Made by a program: the position numbers and the translations under genes. Source: the human T2T-CHM13v2.0 reference genome, Homo sapiens. Taken from it: a stretch of 64,000 bases of DNA. The DNA is taken from assembly GCF_009914755.1 (NCBI RefSeq), contig NC_060933.1. One strand, 5' to 3'. Below are positions 57,741 through 64,000 of the stretch, piece by piece (position 1 is the stretch's first letter; each line of letters begins with the position of its first letter). A model generated the notes under the pieces. That model was not told the origin of the DNA, did not search any database, and saw nothing but the letters and a program-made list of their open reading frames with translations.

Positions 57741-59859
57741 AACCCCACTAGGATTAAAGAGGTTTGCTGAGAACAGAACCTGGTGCTCACTCCCTACATC
57801 TTTAAAAAGAAGAAGGTAATGATGCCTTACTTCTTCAATTGCCCATTCCATCTGTGCAAAATGAAAAGACAGGCAATTGGTAGGATAGAGATGAGGGGAT
57901 AAAGGCCTAGGTATTAAGACTAAGATGATAAACTGGCAGGAAATCCTTTCATGTAAATATAAGGCAGGCTGTCGGCAAGGAGATGCTGGATGGTTTAGTT
58001 AAGTCATGGCGGTCACTTTTATTGAATCTAACTTTTAACTTTCCCTCCAGTGAGAAATGTATGATAGGAATTGTTTACTTGTCCACAGCCACGGTCTTCT
58101 GCGAAGGTCCAATTTATCTACAACCTCAGAAAGTTATGAAAGAGCTCTGAAGTTGTAACTGGCCAGCCAGATTTGACTTTATCTTTTCTTTGGGAGTGCC
58201 ACTTCATCAGATGGGTCTCCTGGAAGACAATGATGAATCTGTCACTAAGGAAGGCATCGTGTAGAATCAAAAACATTCAAACTAAAAGTTATTTAAATAA
58301 AATTAAGTTGTTAAACCAAAAGGGGGGTAATAATTTTTTAACTTTGTCATGTAGAGGGTGGGAGGATTAATTCACTTGTTTGTGTGAAGTGTTTTAAAGA
58401 TAAATTGTGCAGCTAATGTGCCAAAGCTCATTTTTATTATGCTTATTTGCTGTGTCCTGCATAAATATTTAATAGGTACCCTGAGAAGTAACTCTTGTTT
58501 AATCTATCATCCATTTTCCTATTAGTAGATAGTGTACAACAGCTTAACTTTCCCCCTGAATACATTATTTTTAAAAACACCTGCAAGATAGTTTTCTATC
58601 AACCAAGCAATAATCCACAAATAAATTATTATAACATTTTTATCTTTCTTATCAATAAAAATCACATAGTATGGTAGAACCTATGTGTTGGAGATCCTTC
58701 AAGGCAAAATATGAGTTAATTTTTCTCTGCACCATTGTGGTCATACTCAAATTGATCATTGCCAAGGAAAGTTTTAATAAACACGAAACAATGCAGGTTC
58801 TTACTCAGCTGTTTTTAAGCATTAACAACAATAAAACATGCCTTATTTCTAGAAACAAAGGCTTCACAAATTAAGAAGAAAAAAACTCCCGTTATCATTC
58901 AAAGGTAATTTTTAGTCAGCGTGCTTCATGCTCCATTAATTAATCTATTTGTAAGAAAAAAGAAAAAGGAGTACCAACACCTCTTTTCATTGGATTTGTA
59001 TCCCTTAAGTGAGATCAACACAGGCCCCAGGCTCTGGCCAGGGCACCCAGCCTGGCTGCATTAAGGATCCCTGGCAAGCTTTCTTCTTGGTCTGTGTTTC
59101 TCTGGAGATCTCCCTGTAGCCAGCTGTGCAGATGAGCACCTTAGCCTTTCACTGCAGCAAGTGCAGACCCCCATGTGTGCACAACACCTGGCACTAGCAG
59201 GCAGAAGGCAGAAAGCCAGCAGATAATTCACGGGAAGTAATGTTGGCAGAAAAATAGCAGGAAGCAAGCAAGGGAATAATGTTTAGGAGAAAAGGCATGT
59301 ACAAGGTTCTCCTTCACAGGCTATAAGATTACAGTGTGTCCATCACACTTGCAGATGAACATGAGAACAGAGAAGTTGCAAGGTTTTCATATGTTTTCAA
59401 TTGTTGCCAAGAGAACTCTGTGTCCCCAGTACACTAATTATGGGTCCAACTAGTTCTGTACCACCAACCCAAAGAACGTGCAACTAATTCCAAAATGCAG
59501 GATAATTCTTTTCCTAGATGAAGCCTTAATGACTTGGACAGCTCTCCCTTTATCAGTGGGAAGGCCCTATCTGGAAGGCCAGGCTCCAAACAGAAATAAA
59601 GGATGCTACCTTTTCTTCTACCACACTTGTCTCTACTGCTTCAACCAAACCAGAAAATCTGATCCTACTTAGCCTTAGAAAATTTCTTATAGCCACAGGG
59701 GCAGAATCAAAGTTAGTGTCATTGCTTTTTTTCCCCAAGGTCTTGCCCTTTTGCCTACCTTAGACTTGAGCTTATCAATGAGGAACTAGCTCTCCTTGTG
59801 CAGGTGGAAGAAGCTATTCTGTGCCTTTGAGTCAAGTTTCCTCAAAAGGGTGAGATGAT

Positions 59860-60010
59860 ATATAGGTTAAGCCTGATAGCTTGTATGTCAAGCTTAATTT
59901 GAATCTTGGCTTTATCACATAAGAGCTGTGTGACCTTCAGCAAGTTAATCAACATTTCTGAGGTTCAGTTTACTCACTTGCAAAATGAGGAAATAGTACT
60001 GCAAGGATTA
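59860..60010 (+). mobile_element. MIR
   Basis: ttgaatcttggcttt...gctgtgtgaccttcagcaagtta...ttcagtttactcacttgcaaaatgagg. Confidence 0.75.
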
Positions 60011-61077
60011 AATGCCAGCTTTCACTGTATTCTTCATCTAATATGCAGCCAATCATATATGAACGTAGAAACAGTGAATGTAATGCAAATTTTTAAAATG
60101 CTAATGTTTTAGAGCAATATGTATTCATACAATTATACATCACTCTATTCTTCAGTATCAAACCAAAACTTAAGTGACGCCATCTTTGAGAATCTAAGCC
60201 ATTTTCATCTGTAGCCATTCTCAGTTATGCATGTTTCTTTTTCAAAACCTGTGCTCATTATCTTAACTGTGTTGGCAATTTCAGTTTGACAACACGATCA
60301 CTTAGCATTCAGGACTGCTGTGTATGTTTGTACAGTTTATACACTGACAGCATTAGAAAATGTCATCCACATAGACTATGGGGCATGTCTAAAAATACTA
60401 CATTTTCTTCAACGAATGTGTATTTCCAGAAATATACCTTCTCTTCATGAAAGCTACCAGAGTCGGATAGAGCTGAGTATTCAGCACCTGCAGGATCAAT
60501 GTCAGTATGATGCATGATTTGGTTGGACCAACCTCTTTTCACTTTGAAGACTTTTATTAATGTAAGAATATAGAGCTGATTGACATTTAAATGAAAGAAT
60601 TGTTCGTAACCGTAAATATAATTATTTTACACTGCTGAAAGAGACAACATGAAAGAAGCCTGGATTTTATTAAGGTTTTTGAGAAACATTTGTTCTGTTG
60701 GATATTCTATTACTGAATGACCAACAAATAGTCCAAAACAATTTTCAAATTCTAACCTTGCTTTCTAAATTATACATATCATTATTCAAAGTTTATCGAG
60801 CCCAGAAGAAATATTAAATAAATTAAATAGCTATTCTCATAAAGTCATTTTAAATATAATACATTTAACTAATCATAAAATATTATATACTCATTGCAAA
60901 CAATTTTGGAGGAAAAAAGTGAGCATAGAAAAAAAGTCCATCAAAATCACACATATTATTATCACCCATAGATAACCTCTCTAACCATTTGGCTATATTT
61001 ATTCCCAATTTTCTTCAAATGATATACATATATATGTAGTTTTTCTATAAATTCAAAATTATTAAATTATACACATA

Positions 61078-64000
61078 TTTTTTCCATAAGTTATTGGAGT
61101 ACAGGTGGTATTTGGTGGCATGAGTAAGTTATTTGGTGGTGATTTGTGGATTTTGGTGCATCCATCACCCGAGAAGTACACACTGCACCATATTTGTGGT
61201 CTTTTATCCCTCGCCCCCTCACTCTTCCTCACAAGTCCCCAAAGTCCATTGTATCATTCTTATGCCTTTGCATCCTCATAGCTTAGCTCCCACATATCAG
61301 TGAGAACAGACGATTGTTTGGTTTTCCATTCCTGAGTTACTTCACTTAGAATAATAGTCTCCAGTCTCATCCAGGACACTGCAAATGCTGTTAATTCATT
61401 CCTTTTTATGGCTGAGTAGTATGCCATTTTATATATATAAATATATATATGTGTATGTATATATGTGTATGTATATATGTGTATATATACATATATATAC
61501 ACATATATACACATATATATACACATGTATATATACATATATGTGTATATATATACACACGTATATATACACATATATATGTGTATATATATACACATAT
61601 ATATGTATATATATATACACGTATATATATATACATATATATACGTGTATATATATATATGTATGACAGTTTCTTTATCCACTCATTGATTAATGGGGTG
61701 CTTCCACGATTTTGCTATTGTGAATTGTGCTGCTATAAACCATGAGTGTGCAAGTATCTTTTTTGAATAATGACTTCTTTTCCTCTTGGTAGACTGCGTA
61801 AATACCCAGTAGTGAGACTGCTGGATCAAATGGTAGTTCTACTTTTAGTTCTTTAAGGAATCTCCACACGTTTTCCATAGTGGCTCTACTAGCTTACATT
61901 CCCACTAGCAGTGTAGAAGTGTTCCCTGTTCACCACATCCATGCCAACATCTACTGTTTTTTGATTTTTTTATTATGGCCATTCTTGCAGGAGTAAGATG
62001 GTATTGCATTGCGGTGTTGATTTGCATTTCCCTGATGATTAGTGATGTTGAACATTTTTTCATGTGTTTGTTGGCCATTTGTATATCTTCTTTTGAGAAT
62101 TGTCTATTCATATCCTTAGCCCACTTTTTGATGGGATTGTTTCTTTCTTACTGATTTGTTTGAGTTTGTTGTAGATTCTGGATATTAGTCCTTTGCCAGA
62201 TGTATAGATTGTGAAGATTTTCTCCCACTCTATGGGTTGTCTGTTTACTATGCTGACTGTTCCTTTTGCCATGCAAAAGCTCTTTAGTTTAATTAGGTCC
62301 CGGCTATTTATCTTTGTTTTTATCACATTTGCTTTTGGGTTCTTGGTCATGAAATCCTTGCCTAAGCCAATGACTAGAAGGGTTTTTCCAAAGTTATCTT
62401 CTAGAATTTTATAGTTTCAGGTCTTAGGTTTAAGTCCTTAATCCATCTTGCGTTGATTTTTGTATAAGGTGAGAGATGAGGATCCAGTTTCATTCTCCTA
62501 CATGTGGCTAGCCAATTATCCCAGCACCGTTTGTTGAAAAGGGTGTCTTTTTCCTACTTTATGTTTTTGTTTGATTTGTCTAAGATCAGTTGGTTGTATT
62601 TGAGTTTATTTCTGGGTTCTCTATTCTATTCCATTGGTCTATGTGCCTATTTGTATAGCAGTACCATGCTGTTTTGGTGACTATGGCCTTATAGTACAGT
62701 TTGAAATCAGGTAGTGTGATGTTTCCAGATTTGCTCTTTTTGATTAGTCTTGCTTCTTTTTGATTAGGCTATGCAGGCTCTTTTTTTGGTTCCATATGAA
62801 TTTTGTAATTTTTTTTCGAATTCTAAAGATGAATGATGGTGGTATTTTGATAGGGATTGCACTGAATTTGTAGATTGCTTTTGGCAGTATGGTCATTTTC
62901 ACAATATTGATTCTACCCATCCATGAGCATGGGATGTGTTTCCATTTGTTTGTGTTGTCTATGATTTCTTTCAGCAGTGTTTTGTAGTTTTCCTTGTAGA
63001 GGTCATTCAATTCCTTTCTTAGCTATATTCTTATGTATTTTTTTTTCTTGAAGCTATTGTAAAAGTGGTTGAGTTCTTGATTTCATTCTCTGCTTCGTTG
63101 TTGTTGGTGTATAGAAGAGCTACGGATTTGTGTACATTAATCTTGTATCTGGAAACTTTGCTGAATTCTTTTATCAGTTCTCGGAGCTTTCTGGAGGAGT
63201 CCTTAGGGTTTTCAAATAAACGATCATATCGTCAGCAAACACTGACAGTCTGACTTCCTCTTTACTGATTTGGATGCCCTTTATTTCTTCCTCTTGTCTG
63301 ATTGCTGTGGCTAGGACTTCCAGTACTATGTCGAAGAGGAGTGGTGAGAGTGGGCATTCTTGTCTTGTTTCAGTTCTCAGAGGGAATGCTTTCGACTTTT
63401 CCCCATTCAGTATTATGTTGGCTGTGGGTTTGTCATAGATGGCTTTTATTACATTGAGGTATGTCCCTTGTATGCCGATTTTTCTGAGAGTTTTAATCAT
63501 AAAGGGATGCTGGATTTTGTTGAATGCTTTTTCAACATCTATTGAGATGATTGTGAGATTTTTGTTTTTATTTCTGTTTATGTGGTGTATCACATTTATT
63601 GACTTGTGTATGTTAAAGCATCCCTGCATCCCTGGTATGAAACCCACTTGATCATGGTGAATTATCGTTTTGATATGCAGTTGGATTCAGTTAGCTAGTA
63701 TTTTGTTAAGGATTTTCGCATCAATGTTCATCAAGGATATCAGTGTATAGTTTTCTTTTTTGGTTATGTCCTTCCCTGGTTTTGGTATTAGGGTGATGCT
63801 GGCTTCATAGAATGAATTAGGGAGGGTTCCTTCTTTCTTTATCTTGTAGAATAGTGTCAAAAGGATTGGTACCAATTCTTATTTGAATGTCTGTTAGAAT
63901 TCTCTGAATCCATCCAGTCCTGGACTTTTTTTGTTGGTAATTTTTTAATTACCATTTCAATCTCGCTACTCGTTATTGGTCTGTTCAGGGCATCTAATTC
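61078..64000 (-). mobile_element. L1PB1-type element (3'UTR and degenerate ORF2), continues past the window end
   Basis: L1PB 3'UTR (ccataagttattggagtacaggtggtattt); ORF2 fragments including FADD (63174-63647). Confidence 0.88.
61431..61663. repeat. (TA)n/(CA)n/(TG)n alternating purine-pyrimidine tract, ~230 bp
   Basis: Direct read; lies inside the L1PB near the ORF2 end. Confidence 0.95.

Noticed and set aside
61260-61745. Tyr/Ile-rich ORFs on both strands
   Set aside because: Translations of the TA/CA repeat.

Overview
This is primate (human-like) non-coding genomic DNA, intergenic or intronic, AT-rich and dominated by interspersed repeats. I found no supportable host protein-coding exon, tRNA, rRNA or CRISPR array. 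Every long ORF in the track belongs to a broken LINE-1 or is repeat or low-complexity noise. The main content is: a full-length (~6.04 kb) L1PA2/3-type element on the minus strand nested inside an older 5'-truncated L1; older L1MA/MB/MC/MD/ME/PB fragments; about 12 Alu/FLAM copies; MaLR (THE1, MST, MLT1), ERVL (MLT2) and ERV1 (MER31, LTR8) LTRs; Tigger3, MER2-group and MER5 DNA transposons; MIR/L2 relics; microsatellites; and a tailless U2 snRNA retrocopy. I see no new gene system. The most unusual signals record genome dynamics: (1) a 211-bp, 98%-identical local copy pasted into Tigger3 with microhomology junctions; (2) a MaLR internal region flanked by two different LTR families but apparently sharing a TSD; (3) the L1-in-L1 nest with both TSDs readable; (4) a 31-bp unit repeated three times with (CT)n spacers; (5) a short orphan poly(A) retro-insertion; (6) a hairpin-forming templated insertion that creates an AP-1 site. 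Several candidate regulatory motif clusters (CTCF, octamer, AP-1) are also listed. Repeat subfamily names come from my recollection of consensus sequences and need RepeatMasker/Dfam confirmation. Boundaries of old repeats are approximate.
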